Counted from the first letter of the stretch, positions 22,112 to 33,084 are shown. The stretch is DNA of 48,856 bases from an uncultured Solobacterium sp. (GCA_927911475.1 CAKMPP010000035.1:1-48856), one strand, 5' to 3'. Program-made: numbers and translations. The notes: generated from the sequence alone by a model not told the origin.

Positions 22112-23578
22112 ATGAAAAAAGTATTGATTCCGGCTTTAGCTTTAACGATGGCTTTATCCTTTGCCGGCTGCTCAAAATCTGAAAAGAAAGATTCTACAGC
22201 AGAAACAAAAGAGACAGTAAAGACAGACTACGATGTAGTAGTTGTTGGCGCTGGCGGAGCTGGTCTTACTGCCGCAATTACAGCAGCTGAAAACGGTGCA
22301 TCCGTTGTTGTTGTCGAAAAGATGGCAGCTATTGGCGGTAACACAGCTTTATCTGGTGGTGAAATGGCAGCACCTGGTAACTGGTTACAACAAAAGGAAG
22401 GCATCGAGGATAGTGCTGATAAGTTCTATGAAGACGTCATGAAGGGTGGCGACTACAAGGCTAACCCTGAACTCGTTAGAGTTTTAGCTGACAACGCTTT
22501 AAGCGCTGCTGAATGGTTACGTGATGACATCAAGGTTGACTTCGAAGACAAGATGATGTTCTTCGGTGGACACAGCGTAATGCGTTCCTTAGTACCTCAT
22601 AACGAATCTGGTGTTGAAATCATCCAGAAGTTAAAGGCTAAGGCTGACGAATTAGGTATCACAGTATTAACAAACACAAAGGCTACTGAATTAGTAGAAA
22701 CAGACAAGAAGGTTACTGGCGTTAAGGCAACAACAAAAGATGGTGATATAACATTCACAGCTTCTAAGGGTGTTGTTCTTGCGACTGGTGGTTTCGGTTC
22801 TAATATTGAAATGCGTAAGGAATACAATCCAGAAATGGATGAGAAGATCCTATCTACATGTTCTCCAGGAAGTACTGGTGACGGTATTGTAATGGCTGAA
22901 AAGATTGGTGCAGCTACAGTTGATATGTCATATATCCAAACATATCCAACATGCGACATCACATCAGGTACATTATTATATGTTGGTGACGTACGTTTAG
23001 CTGGTAGATCAATCCTTGTTAACAAGGAAGGCAAGCGTTTCGTTGAAGAACTAGAACGTCGTGACGTTATCTCTAAAGCTGTTACAGAACAGACTGGTGG
23101 CGTTTCATACATGTTCTGGGATGAAGCATCTATGGAAGCATCTGGTGTTAAGGAAGCTCACCCTGAAGAGTACGAAAGACTCATCAAGGAAAAGCACTTA
23201 GTGAAGGCTGATACAATTGAAGAAGCTGCTGCTTTCTTCGGTATTGACGCTGAAGCATTAAAGAAGACTATCGCAGACTACAACCAATACGCTGCAGATG
23301 GTAAGGACTTAGAATTCAACAAGCGTGGTAAGTTAGTTGCCTTCGGTGAAGGCCCATACTACATCATGGTTTCACAACCATCTGTTCACCACACAATGGG
23401 TGGTGTTGTAATCAACACGAACGCTCAAGTATTAGACAAGGATGGCAAGGCTATCTCTGGTCTGTACGCTGCTGGTGAAGTTACTGGTGGTATCCACGGT
23501 ACAAACCGTCTAGGTTCTGACGCTATCGCTGATATTACAGTATTCGGTAGAATTGCTGGCGAACAAGTATCTAAGTAA
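22112..23578 (+). CDS. urdA: Flavocytochrome-c-type FAD oxidoreductase lipoprotein, probable urocanate reductase
   Basis: Lipobox FAGC, GAGGAG FAD motif, SGGEM, YIQTYP (Tyr where fumarate reductases have His), RFVEELERRDVIS, PSVHHTMGG, HGTNRLG. Confidence 0.75.
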   Translation: MKKVLIPALALTMALSFAGCSKSEKKDSTAETKETVKTDYDVVVVGAGGAGLTAAITAAENGASVVVVEKMAAIGGNTALSGGEMAAPGNWLQQKEGIEDSADKFYEDVMKGGDYKANPELVRVLADNALSAAEWLRDDIKVDFEDKMMFFGGHSVMRSLVPHNESGVEIIQKLKAKADELGITVLTNTKATELVETDKKVTGVKATTKDGDITFTASKGVVLATGGFGSNIEMRKEYNPEMDEKILSTCSPGSTGDGIVMAEKIGAATVDMSYIQTYPTCDITSGTLLYVGDVRLAGRSILVNKEGKRFVEELERRDVISKAVTEQTGGVSYMFWDEASMEASGVKEAHPEEYERLIKEKHLVKADTIEEAAAFFGIDAEALKKTIADYNQYAADGKDLEFNKRGKLVAFGEGPYYIMVSQPSVHHTMGGVVINTNAQVLDKDGKAISGLYAAGEVTGGIHGTNRLGSDAIADITVFGRIAGEQVSK

Positions 23579-23588
23579 CAAACAGATA

Positions 23589-23616
23589 AAGCGAGATGTT
23601 ATCATCCCGCTTTTTT
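23589..23616. terminator. Terminator between convergent genes
   Basis: AAGCGAGATG...CATCCCGCTTTTTT. Confidence 0.7.
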
Positions 23617-23638
23617 ATTTTGGTAACTACTATCATTT

Positions 23639-24286
23639 TTACATCTTTTTTACTGTAACAATCGTATTACTACATGCATTTACTATAATTTTAATGCCAT
23701 CTGTAATACAAATCCAATTCTTCCCTTCTCTAGAAATCGTACAATTAGCATCTTTTATTTTCTTTTTACAAAACTCAACAATATCTTCTATACTTAAATT
23801 CAAACTCTCTTTGATTCTAATTAGTCCTTCATGCGTTACATTCATATTATCTATATTCAATAGAAAATCTTCTATTGTGTCATTTTTAAGTATTTTAGGA
23901 TTATCTAAAAGATATTTATTTACATCTTTTGCATAACTTTCTATACATTCTTTCCAGTCATCATCATTTCCCCACCAATGATATTTTGAACCATTCATCC
24001 TATTCAAAACTCTAGATGGATAAATTTTTTTCAATCTCCAATTACAAATCTGTTCTCTTTTAATGATGCATTCAATTAAACCATTTTTATGCCTGGGTTT
24101 TCCTAAAACAACAAGTTTATCCCCACCATCTCCCCATTGGTGTGGAGCAATGTAGACTTTAGTACTAGGAGATAATAACTTTATACCAGATTTAATTTCA
24201 TGTTCTTCTCCATAAAATCTTTTATCAACTATATTTCCAACCAAGCACCATCTCCACGTATAATTTTCAATTTTATTTTCTACCAT
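23639..24286 (-). CDS. Hypothetical protein with C-terminal DUF3781-like domain
   Basis: C-terminus RIKESLNL..DIVEFCKKKI...ISREGKNW..IIVNACSNTIVTV resembles DUF3781 (from recall); own TGCTATAAT promoter and AAGGTG RBS; AT-rich. Confidence 0.7.
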   Translation of the reverse strand: MVENKIENYTWRWCLVGNIVDKRFYGEEHEIKSGIKLLSPSTKVYIAPHQWGDGGDKLVVLGKPRHKNGLIECIIKREQICNWRLKKIYPSRVLNRMNGSKYHWWGNDDDWKECIESYAKDVNKYLLDNPKILKNDTIEDFLLNIDNMNVTHEGLIRIKESLNLSIEDIVEFCKKKIKDANCTISREGKNWICITDGIKIIVNACSNTIVTVKKM

Positions 24287-24339
24287 ATACATTTCACCTT
24301 GTCCCAATTATAGCATGTAAAAAGCCCCGCTTAACGAGG

Positions 24340-25716
24340 CTAATTCCACTGTTCAAAATCACTATGATATAACTGAGAAAGTTCTTTAGGTTCGACACTT
24401 CCTTGTGGATATGGATAGACTGGTAGATCTGCGTCAGAATACATCTGCTTTAAGGCATCAATATATTCCCAACTGTATTCAATCATTTCCCATTTTGTAA
24501 ACCATGAGTTATCGCCAATCATGCACGCATGTAACATTCTTTCATACGCTTCTGGTGTATTTAGCTTAAAGATTAAATTACAGTTTTGGCAGAAGTCCAT
24601 TTGCGCTTTTGTAATACTATCTTCACCTGGCGTCTTGATATTGAATTCAAGATATACTCCTTCTGTCGGTTGAATTTTGATTACTAGTACATTTGGATCT
24701 ACATCTTCACGCTGTCTTTTGAATGTAATCTTTACTTCAATTTCGCGACGAGCCATTTTCTTACCCGTACGGATATAGAATGGTACACCTTGCCAACGCT
24801 CATTATCAATAAATAGTTTTAATGCCGCAAATGTTTCAGTAGTGGATGCAGGATCCACGTGTAGTTCTTCCCTATACCCTTCATACTGCCCCAATAATAA
24901 TGTATCCTTAATATTCAGTTCATTAACTGGACGTAGTTGTTTTAGAACTGCGAGTTGTTGTTCATTCATATTACCAGTAGGATCATCTACTGCTACGATA
25001 CTCATAATTTGTAATAAGTGGTTTTGAACCATATCTTTGAGTGCACCTGCATGATCATAGTAGTTCCCTCTTGTTTCAACACCCACTTCTTCTAATGCTG
25101 AAATCTGGACGTGATCAATATTATCTTTATTCCAAACATTCTTAAATAATAAATTTGCATCTCGAATCGTTAGAATATTGCGTACCATCTCTTTTCCAAG
25201 ATAATGGTCTATACGGTAAATATGGTCACTTCCAAATAAATTCTCTAATTTTTTACTGAGGAATTTCGCAAGTTCTAAGCTTGCGCCGAAGGGTTTTTCT
25301 AATACAATCTTTGGTTCATGCATGTTTTTCATTGTAGAAACACCATCTGTAATTCCTTCAAAGAAATCTGGTGCTACCGCATAATAAACAACATGATTCT
25401 CTGTTGGATGTGCTTCGTAGTATTGGTCTAGTAACTGATATTGAGTTTTATCTGTAAAATCCATGCGGAAGTAATGAATGTGTTGAAAGAATGCTTGTAA
25501 CTGCTCATCTTTTACTTTTACTTGGGCAAACTCACTAATCCAAGGTTCTATAATCCCTTGATAATCCGCATCTGTGTAATCACGTCTTCCAATCGGAGTA
25601 ATTAAGAACTCTTCAGGAAGCTGATTTTTAATAAATAGATTGTACATTGCAGGTAGAAGCTTACGATATGTTAAGTCTCCTGTTCCACCAAATATTGTAA
25701 GTGTTAATTTATTCAT
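24340..25716 (-). CDS. zwf: Glucose-6-phosphate 1-dehydrogenase
   Basis: IFGGTGDL, EKPFG, RIDHYLGKE, DMVQNH, RWQGVPFYIRTGK. Confidence 0.97.
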   Translation of the reverse strand: MNKLTLTIFGGTGDLTYRKLLPAMYNLFIKNQLPEEFLITPIGRRDYTDADYQGIIEPWISEFAQVKVKDEQLQAFFQHIHYFRMDFTDKTQYQLLDQYYEAHPTENHVVYYAVAPDFFEGITDGVSTMKNMHEPKIVLEKPFGASLELAKFLSKKLENLFGSDHIYRIDHYLGKEMVRNILTIRDANLLFKNVWNKDNIDHVQISALEEVGVETRGNYYDHAGALKDMVQNHLLQIMSIVAVDDPTGNMNEQQLAVLKQLRPVNELNIKDTLLLGQYEGYREELHVDPASTTETFAALKLFIDNERWQGVPFYIRTGKKMARREIEVKITFKRQREDVDPNVLVIKIQPTEGVYLEFNIKTPGEDSITKAQMDFCQNCNLIFKLNTPEAYERMLHACMIGDNSWFTKWEMIEYSWEYIDALKQMYSDADLPVYPYPQGSVEPKELSQLYHSDFEQWN

Positions 25717-27083
25717 GGCTACCCCACTGATGGTGTTCAAAGCCTTCACGGTCAACTCTTTGATATGTATGTGCGCCAAAGAAATCACGTTGACCCTGAA
25801 TAATATTTGCACCTAAACATACACTAGATAATTGATTGATATATGTAAGTGATGCTGTAAATACCGGTAGTGGTAAATCGATGGATTGTACAATAATTTC
25901 TTTTAATGCAGGAGTATTTTCGAATACTTCATTCTTGAATACTGGATATAGAAGTAAATCATCTGCACCATCATCATATGCATGCATGATATCCTGCAAT
26001 AACTTCGCTTGGATAATACATCCTGCTCTAAAGATAGCTGCAATCTGCTTGAGATTTAAATCCCAGCTATACTTATTAGACGCATCACGATATAAATTGA
26101 ATCCCTGTGCAAAGGCAACTGTCTTTGCTAATTTATATGCTTGATGTACCTTTTCAATATCAACATTCTTCTTATGAATTGCAATTTCCTTACGATATGC
26201 ATCGCGCAATGCAATTTGGTTAGACATAATACGTGCTTGATACGCTGCTGTTAATAAAGACGCATTAAACTCTTGTCGAAGTGCTTCAATGCTTGTCCAA
26301 CGCCCTGTACCCTTATTTCCTGCAACATCTAAAATCACATCAACAAGGTCATGTTCTGTAATAGCATCTTTTTCACGTAACACAGTTACTGTGATATCAA
26401 CAAGATAGCTTTGCACATCTCCTTGATTCCATTGTTCTAGTACATCCGCAATTTTGCTGTTTGTATAACCTGCGGTATACTTTAGAATTAAATATGTTTC
26501 CGCAAGCAACTGCATATCCGCATATTCAATTCCATTATGTACCATCTTTACATAGTGACCGCTTCCTTCTGGTCCAATATATGTACAACATGGTTCACCA
26601 TCTTTCTTCGCAGAGATGTCTTCCAAAATCTTTCCTACAGAAGCGTAAGCATCTTTATCGCCAGATGGCATAATACTTGGGCCATTTAAAGCACCTTCTT
26701 CACCACCAGATACACCTACACCAAAGTACTTTAACCCATGGCTAGCCATTTGCTTGTGACGACGATTTGTATCTTCAAAGTAAGAGTTACCACCATCCAT
26801 GATGATATCTCCTTCATCTAATAGATCAACAAGTTGTACTAAAACATCATCAACCGGTTGACCAGCTGGTACCATTAAAAAATACACGACGTGGTTTTTC
26901 AAGAGAATTTACAAAATCCTCTAGTTTTTCAAAACCGCTAAATCCCGGGATATTCTCGTCGATTAATACTTTTGTACGTTCGAACGAACGATTATATCCA
27001 CTCACCTTGTAGCCATGGTTTAGCATATTTAAGGCAATATTCTTCCCCATGACACCTAATCCAATTACACCTATATTATTCAT
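25709..27083 (-). CDS. gnd: NADP-dependent 6-phosphogluconate dehydrogenase (frameshift in an A/T run near 26880)
   Basis: IGLGVMG, MVPAG, DGGNS, GVSGGEEGA, VKMVHNGIEY, QRDFFGAHTY. Confidence 0.96.
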
Positions 27084-28017
27084 ATTTATTTCTCCTCATA
27101 ATAATAGAAACACCTTCTGGAATTGTTACTGTAGATACTGCATCCTGTATGTATGCATGTTCAATTGGTAAGACACTTAATGAATCTGAAAAGCGATTTG
27201 CGACAATAATATCATCATTCACAATCACAAAGTCACGTGGATGCTTACCAGCACATGAAGTTACTTGAATACGTTCGACATCTTTTCCCGATACATGTAA
27301 TGCAGTGATTACGTCCTGTGTACGTGTAGATACGTATAAATAATCACCCTTCTTACGTATTGCGGCTGTATCTTTAACATGTGAAAGACCGTTTTCTAAC
27401 AGTTCTACTGTATTGATAACTTTCTTTGCATGCATGTCTACAACATATAGAAGATTACTTAATTCACCTACCACATATAGGTATTTCTCATCATCTGAGA
27501 ATGCCGCATGTCTAGGTCCAGATCCTTCTTCAAATTGAATCTCATCTACAACCTTAAAATCTTTATCAAGAATCTTTATCTGATCCATAAAGAGGCATGG
27601 CACAAGATATTGATCCCTGTATGGAATAACCTGATGACATCCAGCCTTTTCCTTGATATGTGTTCTTTTAATCAGTTTTAACTTGTTATTATCAAAGCGT
27701 AAAAGTGTTACATCTCCACTATGAAAGTGAGCCGTAAAGATTAAGTTGTCTTTTACACCAACATAGCAGGATGTAAATGCTTCAAAAACGATATGATCAA
27801 TTTCATGACCGCTTAAATCAAAGACAGCTACACCAGAGCCTTCCTCGAAATCACATACGGCCACGATATAATCATTCATCCACGCTAAATATTTTGGATT
27901 ACACACTTTTGTAAATAAACGTACGTCTTTTATCTTACGTTCTTCATATGTGAACGCATAAATACCTTCACTTTTTTCGGATGTATACGTTCCTACATAT
28001 CCTGTATATGACATCAT
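27076..28017 (-). CDS. pgl: 6-phosphogluconolactonase (beta-propeller lactonase)
   Basis: YVGTYT, GSGPRH, GKHPRDF; operonic with gnd and zwf. Confidence 0.88.
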   Translation of the reverse strand: MMSYTGYVGTYTSEKSEGIYAFTYEERKIKDVRLFTKVCNPKYLAWMNDYIVAVCDFEEGSGVAVFDLSGHEIDHIVFEAFTSCYVGVKDNLIFTAHFHSGDVTLLRFDNNKLKLIKRTHIKEKAGCHQVIPYRDQYLVPCLFMDQIKILDKDFKVVDEIQFEEGSGPRHAAFSDDEKYLYVVGELSNLLYVVDMHAKKVINTVELLENGLSHVKDTAAIRKKGDYLYVSTRTQDVITALHVSGKDVERIQVTSCAGKHPRDFVIVNDDIIVANRFSDSLSVLPIEHAYIQDAVSTVTIPEGVSIIMRRNKYE

Positions 28018-28096
28018 TAGCTCCTTTTGTATTTCTATTGTTTTCATTGTATTCTCTTTTATATAAAAAACACTGCTATTTTGCCCTAAAACGTAG

Positions 28097-28120
28097 AAAA
28101 GCCAGATTCCTCTGACTTTT
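28097..28120 (-). terminator. Terminator after glf
   Basis: Minus strand AGTCAGA-GGAA-TCTGGCTTTT. Confidence 0.6.
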
Positions 28121-29234
28121 AAATTTCCTTAGACTTTTCTAGTGCAGACGCAATAACCTTATCCATATCATAGTACTTATACTCACCCAAACGACCACCA
28201 AAAAGTATATTTGTTTCGTGTGAGGCAAGTTCCTTATACTGTTCATATAAAGCAGTATTCTTTTCGTCATTGACTGGATAGTAAGGATCATCACCCTGTT
28301 TCCATTCAGAACTAAATTCACGACTAATGACAGTCTTTGGCAAATCATTGCCCTCTTCATCTTTTCCAAATGTAAACCACTTGTGCTCAATAATACGTGT
28401 CCAAGGTGTTTCACGGTCTGTATAGTTTACAGCCGCATTTCCCTGGAAATTCGGAATATCTAAGAGTTCATTTTCAAAACGAACAGAACGATATTCTAAT
28501 GTACCTAAGCGATAATCAAAATAAGCATCAATTGGGCCAGTATAAACTACTTTTTCCGCAAGCATGTCGTACTCTTCTTTCGCTTCAAGATAGTCAACGT
28601 TGAGTCGCACTTCAATACCTGCAAGCAGGTTTTCAACTAGCTTTGTATAGCCACCAACAGGGATACCTTGATAGAGCGCATTAAAATAGTTATTATCAAA
28701 CGTTAAGCGTACTGGTAATCGTTTGATGATAAATGCTGGTAGTTCAGTACAAGGTCTTCCCCATTGTTTTTCTGTATATCCCTTGATTAGTTTCTCATAG
28801 ATATCTGTTCCAACAAGTGAGATTGCCTGTTCTTCAAGATTTGTCGCTGTTGTAATATTTGCGGCTTTCTTCTGTTCTTCGATTTTGTTAACCGCTTCTT
28901 CTGGTGTTACAACACCCCACATTTTATTAAATGTGTACATATTGAATGGCAAAGAATATAACTCCCCATGGTAATTGGCAACTGGTGAATTCGTGAAACG
29001 ATTAAATTCGATAAATTTTGTAACGTACTTCCAAACATCTCTGTCATTCGTATGGAAAATATGTGCGCCATACTCATGTACATCAATGCCTTCTACCTTT
29101 TTTGTGTAGATATTACCAGCAATATGAGGACGCTTATCAATGACAAGAACTTTCTTGCCCTTTTCTTTTGCCTGTTGGGCAAATACCGCACCAAATAATC
29201 CAGCACCTACAACTAGATAATCATATTGTTTCAT
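28119..29234 (-). CDS. glf: UDP-galactopyranose mutase
   Basis: VGAGLFG, HEYGAHIFHT, YTEKQWG, TRIIEHK, PYYP, GRLGEYKYYDMD. Confidence 0.97.
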   Translation of the reverse strand: MKQYDYLVVGAGLFGAVFAQQAKEKGKKVLVIDKRPHIAGNIYTKKVEGIDVHEYGAHIFHTNDRDVWKYVTKFIEFNRFTNSPVANYHGELYSLPFNMYTFNKMWGVVTPEEAVNKIEEQKKAANITTATNLEEQAISLVGTDIYEKLIKGYTEKQWGRPCTELPAFIIKRLPVRLTFDNNYFNALYQGIPVGGYTKLVENLLAGIEVRLNVDYLEAKEEYDMLAEKVVYTGPIDAYFDYRLGTLEYRSVRFENELLDIPNFQGNAAVNYTDRETPWTRIIEHKWFTFGKDEEGNDLPKTVISREFSSEWKQGDDPYYPVNDEKNTALYEQYKELASHETNILFGGRLGEYKYYDMDKVIASALEKSKEI

Positions 29235-29246
29235 ATGCACTCCTTA

Positions 29247-30583
29247 TTAAGCACCGTATTTTCTACGGATAATGTCTGCAACCTTTCCTACTAGACGTTC
29301 ACAGATTTCATCTGTCTCAGCTTCAGCCATTACGCGTAATAGTGGTTCTGTTCCACTTGGACGAACAAGAATACGACCATTACCATTAAGTTCTTCATTC
29401 ACTTCATCGATTGATTTTTGAACTTCTTCATCACCCATTACAAGTGTCTTATCCGTAACCTTAACATTTACTAGTAACTGTGGATAAATCTTTAGTCCTT
29501 CACATAGTTCAATGATACCCTTACCAGTATTCTTCATAACTTCAAGTACAGAAAGAGCCGTTAATAAACCATCACCCGTTGTGGCATGTTCCTTCAGGAT
29601 GATATGTCCACTCTGTTCTCCACCAATTACATAGTTATCGCGGAACATAACTTCAGAGACATACTTATCTCCTACTTGTGTCTTTTCAACTTGAATACCT
29701 TCACGTTCCATGGCTTTATATAAACCAAGATTTGCCATAACTGTTGTAACAATTGTGTTATTTGTTAACTTGTGTTGGTCACGTAGATATTTACCAACGA
29801 TATACAACATGAAGTCACCGTTTACAAGTTCTCCATCTGGACGAACCATAATCTGACGATCCGCATCACCATCAAATGTTAAACCAACAGTATAATTACC
29901 CTTCTTCATCTCTTCACAGAATAATTCAGGATGTGTTGAACCACACTTTGTATTGATGTTGATACCATTTGGCTCATTATGGAAAGCTGTCACTTCAGCA
30001 CCTAATCTTTCAAGTGCTCTCTTGCCGTAAAGGATGAAGAACCGTTTGCACAATCAATCGCAATCTTCCAGCCACTTAAATCTAATGGATATTCCTTTAC
30101 AATCCAATCTAAGTAAATATCAATTCCCTGAGGGTAAGCAATTACCTTACCAATTTCACCATCCTTACGATAAGGAATTGTAACTTTGCCATCAATATAG
30201 TCTTCGATAAGGCCTTCAATATCACTGGATAACTTAAAGCCATCGTTGGAGAAGACTTTAATACCATTATCGTAGAAAGGATTATGACTGGCAGAAATCA
30301 TCGCACCGCAGGCAAAACCATTCTCCTTTGTCAAAAGGCAAATCATTGGTGTTGGACAGTATCCTGCTAGATATGCATCGCAGCCTTCAGACGTAATACC
30401 TGCTGCTAGTGCGTTTTCAAACATGTCACTAGATAGTCTTGTATCCTTACCAATAACAATTTTATTTTTTCCTTCTTTGCTGAAATAGTATCCCAGGTAT
30501 CTTCCAACCTGGAAGGCTCTCTCTGCTGTTAATACTTCATTTGCTTTTCCACGGATACCATCCGTGCCAAAATATCGTCCCAT
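29247..30583 (-). CDS. glmM: Phosphoglucosamine mutase (frameshift near 30020)
   Basis: YFGTDGIRG, ISASHNP, FDGDADR, GGEQSGH, RPSGTEP. Confidence 0.96.
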
Positions 30584-30586
30584 ACG

Positions 30587-31975
30587 CTATTCTCCCTCTT
30601 TCTCTTGGGTATTTTGATCACCTAAAACTGTGAGTGTAAGTTTATTGTTTTTTAGGTTGTACTTTACAAGTCCTGTTGATGGTTGTTCCACCATCACTTC
30701 GAACTCATGTAGTCCAGGCTCTGCTGTCGACATATCGATATATAGATAAATATCGTTTGCTGTAATCTTACTGATATTATCTTGCGTACCAAATACCTCT
30801 ACATCCATTGTGGTAATATTATTCTCTTGTGTAGCTTTGTAGTTATGCACATTGTTCTTGTAATTGATTGGAACTGATGTGATTGTTCTTGTTGTAGCTG
30901 CACCAAGTTTTACATCAACGCTAACAGTAGAAACTGTTGATGACGTAATACCTGTAGGAAGTGTAATATCCTGTGATACTGTTGTATCTTTTGTAAGATT
31001 TGAAACATCGACTTCAACTGTAATTTTCTCAATATCAAGTAATGCACTTTCTGTACCATAGATTGTAACAGTCTGTTTATCAGCCACAGCTGAAGCGACT
31101 GCTTGATTATCACCAGGTGTGCCATTAATCTTTACTTCAATTGGAACTGTCTTATTAGGTGAAGTAACTGGTACATATACATGCATGGTTTGAGGTTCAA
31201 TATCTACATTTACAATTTGACCATTCGCATCATAGGCAACAAGTTTTGCATCTTGTTCAAAATCCGCAACCTGATTGGATACATCAATAAGTGCCTTCAC
31301 AAAGGCAATCTGATTTAATGTATCCTGTGAAGCACGTACATCTACTACAGAAGACGCAAACTGAGGAGTACCTACGTTATAAATACCATCCATCTTATCG
31401 CGATGAATAATATCATAAGATAGCGAGAACTGTTGTGTAACTTTCTTCTTGATTGTTACAACCGCATTCGATGGGTTAACGATTGTACTAACTGAATCTC
31501 CAAATCCTTCCGCAATCAACGTTACTGCATGTGTTCCTTCTGTTAAGTTTGTTAGATCTGCGACAACCTTGCCATTTATGGTGCTTGCAGCAGTAACACT
31601 TGTCGCATCACCTGTAATCGTAACATCAGTTGTTGTTGGGATTCCTGAAATTTCATACTCTTGCGTATCATATTGCACATATACCGCAACGTTTTGAACG
31701 GTACGGCTTGTCTTGAGTGATGTCTGATATAGCGATGTAATATCGTTGTAGTTTACAACAACATATAATAGTGCCGCTAAAATCAACGATACAACTTTTG
31801 CATATTTTGCATTAAACAATACACGGTCAATCCCTGTAGAAGCGTAGTGAATGAAATGGATAATCTTCTGTACAAATCGATCATATTGACTTGATATACG
31901 CTTTGATTGATTTGCAAGATGTTTTGCAAGTTCAAGCTTATTATGATCCATATGGTGTTTTTTCTTATTTGCCAT
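30587..31975 (-). CDS. cdaR: CdaR/YbbR-domain regulator of diadenylate cyclase
   Basis: N-terminal TM helix, repeated beta-rich YbbR domains, located between cdaA and glmM. Confidence 0.88.
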   Translation of the reverse strand: MANKKKHHMDHNKLELAKHLANQSKRISSQYDRFVQKIIHFIHYASTGIDRVLFNAKYAKVVSLILAALLYVVVNYNDITSLYQTSLKTSRTVQNVAVYVQYDTQEYEISGIPTTTDVTITGDATSVTAASTINGKVVADLTNLTEGTHAVTLIAEGFGDSVSTIVNPSNAVVTIKKKVTQQFSLSYDIIHRDKMDGIYNVGTPQFASSVVDVRASQDTLNQIAFVKALIDVSNQVADFEQDAKLVAYDANGQIVNVDIEPQTMHVYVPVTSPNKTVPIEVKINGTPGDNQAVASAVADKQTVTIYGTESALLDIEKITVEVDVSNLTKDTTVSQDITLPTGITSSTVSTVSVDVKLGAATTRTITSVPINYKNNVHNYKATQENNITTMDVEVFGTQDNISKITANDIYLYIDMSTAEPGLHEFEVMVEQPSTGLVKYNLKNNKLTLTVLGDQNTQEKEGE

Positions 31976-33084
31976 TATCGTTCACCTCCTTGCTTATGAT
32001 CAGAGGTATCTGATTGTTTATAATTCGCTTTGTTATGTGTTGGATAACTTGGCGTTGGACGCTTCTTCTTATGTGGAAGTTTTATCGACGCAGCTTTCGC
32101 TGCCGCATCCGCTGCTTCATGTACATCCTGTAATGCATGTTTACTATTTGGTTCCGCGGGAATAACTTCCTCTGCAGTAATCTTACCTGTTTCAAGAATA
32201 GTTTCTTCATTAGCAGCCGGGGTATCATCCATCTTTGTTTGGAGTTCATGCACATCAGCTTCAATAATTGTTTCATCATCGTCATCTTCACTATTTTCAT
32301 CAGTTTGGCCTACAATGATGTGCGTTAGATATTTACGTAATTGTTGTTCATTAACTGAAGTTAACTTACCACCTTCTGCAATTGATACGTTTCCTGTTTC
32401 TTCTGAAACTACAATTGTAATTGCGTCTGTAATTTCACTAATACCAATTGCGGCACGGTGTCTTGAACCATAGCGTGATGGAATATCTGCTGTTGTTGGA
32501 GGGAAGTATGCACTTGCACACGCAATCCTATCACCCTGAATAATCACCGCTCCATCATGCAGTGGCGTTGAAGTAACAAAGATGGAAGTTAAAAGTTCTG
32601 CAGTCACATCAGAATTCAAACGTGTACCCGTCGCAATAAAGTCATCCAGAGGATGAGATTTCTCAATGGAGATTAAAGCACCCGTTTGATCTGCACTCAA
32701 CAAACGGACTGCTGTCACAATATTGTCTACTAGTTTTTCCTTTTCATTACCACTGAGTGAACTCATTCTAGAGAAGAAACTACTCTTACCTAGTCTTTCC
32801 AAATCGTACGGATTTCTGGCTGGAAGATAATAATAACTGCTAAAAATCCCCAGTTAATAAACATGTTTGTTAAAAACTGCAAAGTTTTAAGATTCATGAC
32901 CTTTGCAAGTACATCTACGATGATAACAAAGATAATACCTTTAAATATCTGCATGGTGCTGCTCTTACCACGAACAATACGTAGTGCAGCTAAGATAATC
33001 ATCCAAATTACTACTATATCGATAACTGTCGTACTGAAAGTTAAAAAACTTGTCCCACAATGATGATAAGTTATAGGCTGACAT
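31975..33084 (-). CDS. cdaA: Diadenylate cyclase CdaA (frameshifted in the TM region) with long C-terminal extension
   Basis: IIFQPEIR, TPLHDGA, SRHRAA, VSEETG; joins ORFs 32965.., 32790.. and 31975.. Confidence 0.93.

Noticed and set aside
22112..23578. Annotation as plain fumarate reductase
   Set aside because: The IQxHP His is replaced by Tyr and other motifs follow UrdA
21845..24340. Genomic island integrated at tRNA-Leu (urdA plus DUF3781 gene)
   Set aside because: No duplicated tRNA 3' end or integrase found, and urdA has host-like highly expressed codon usage
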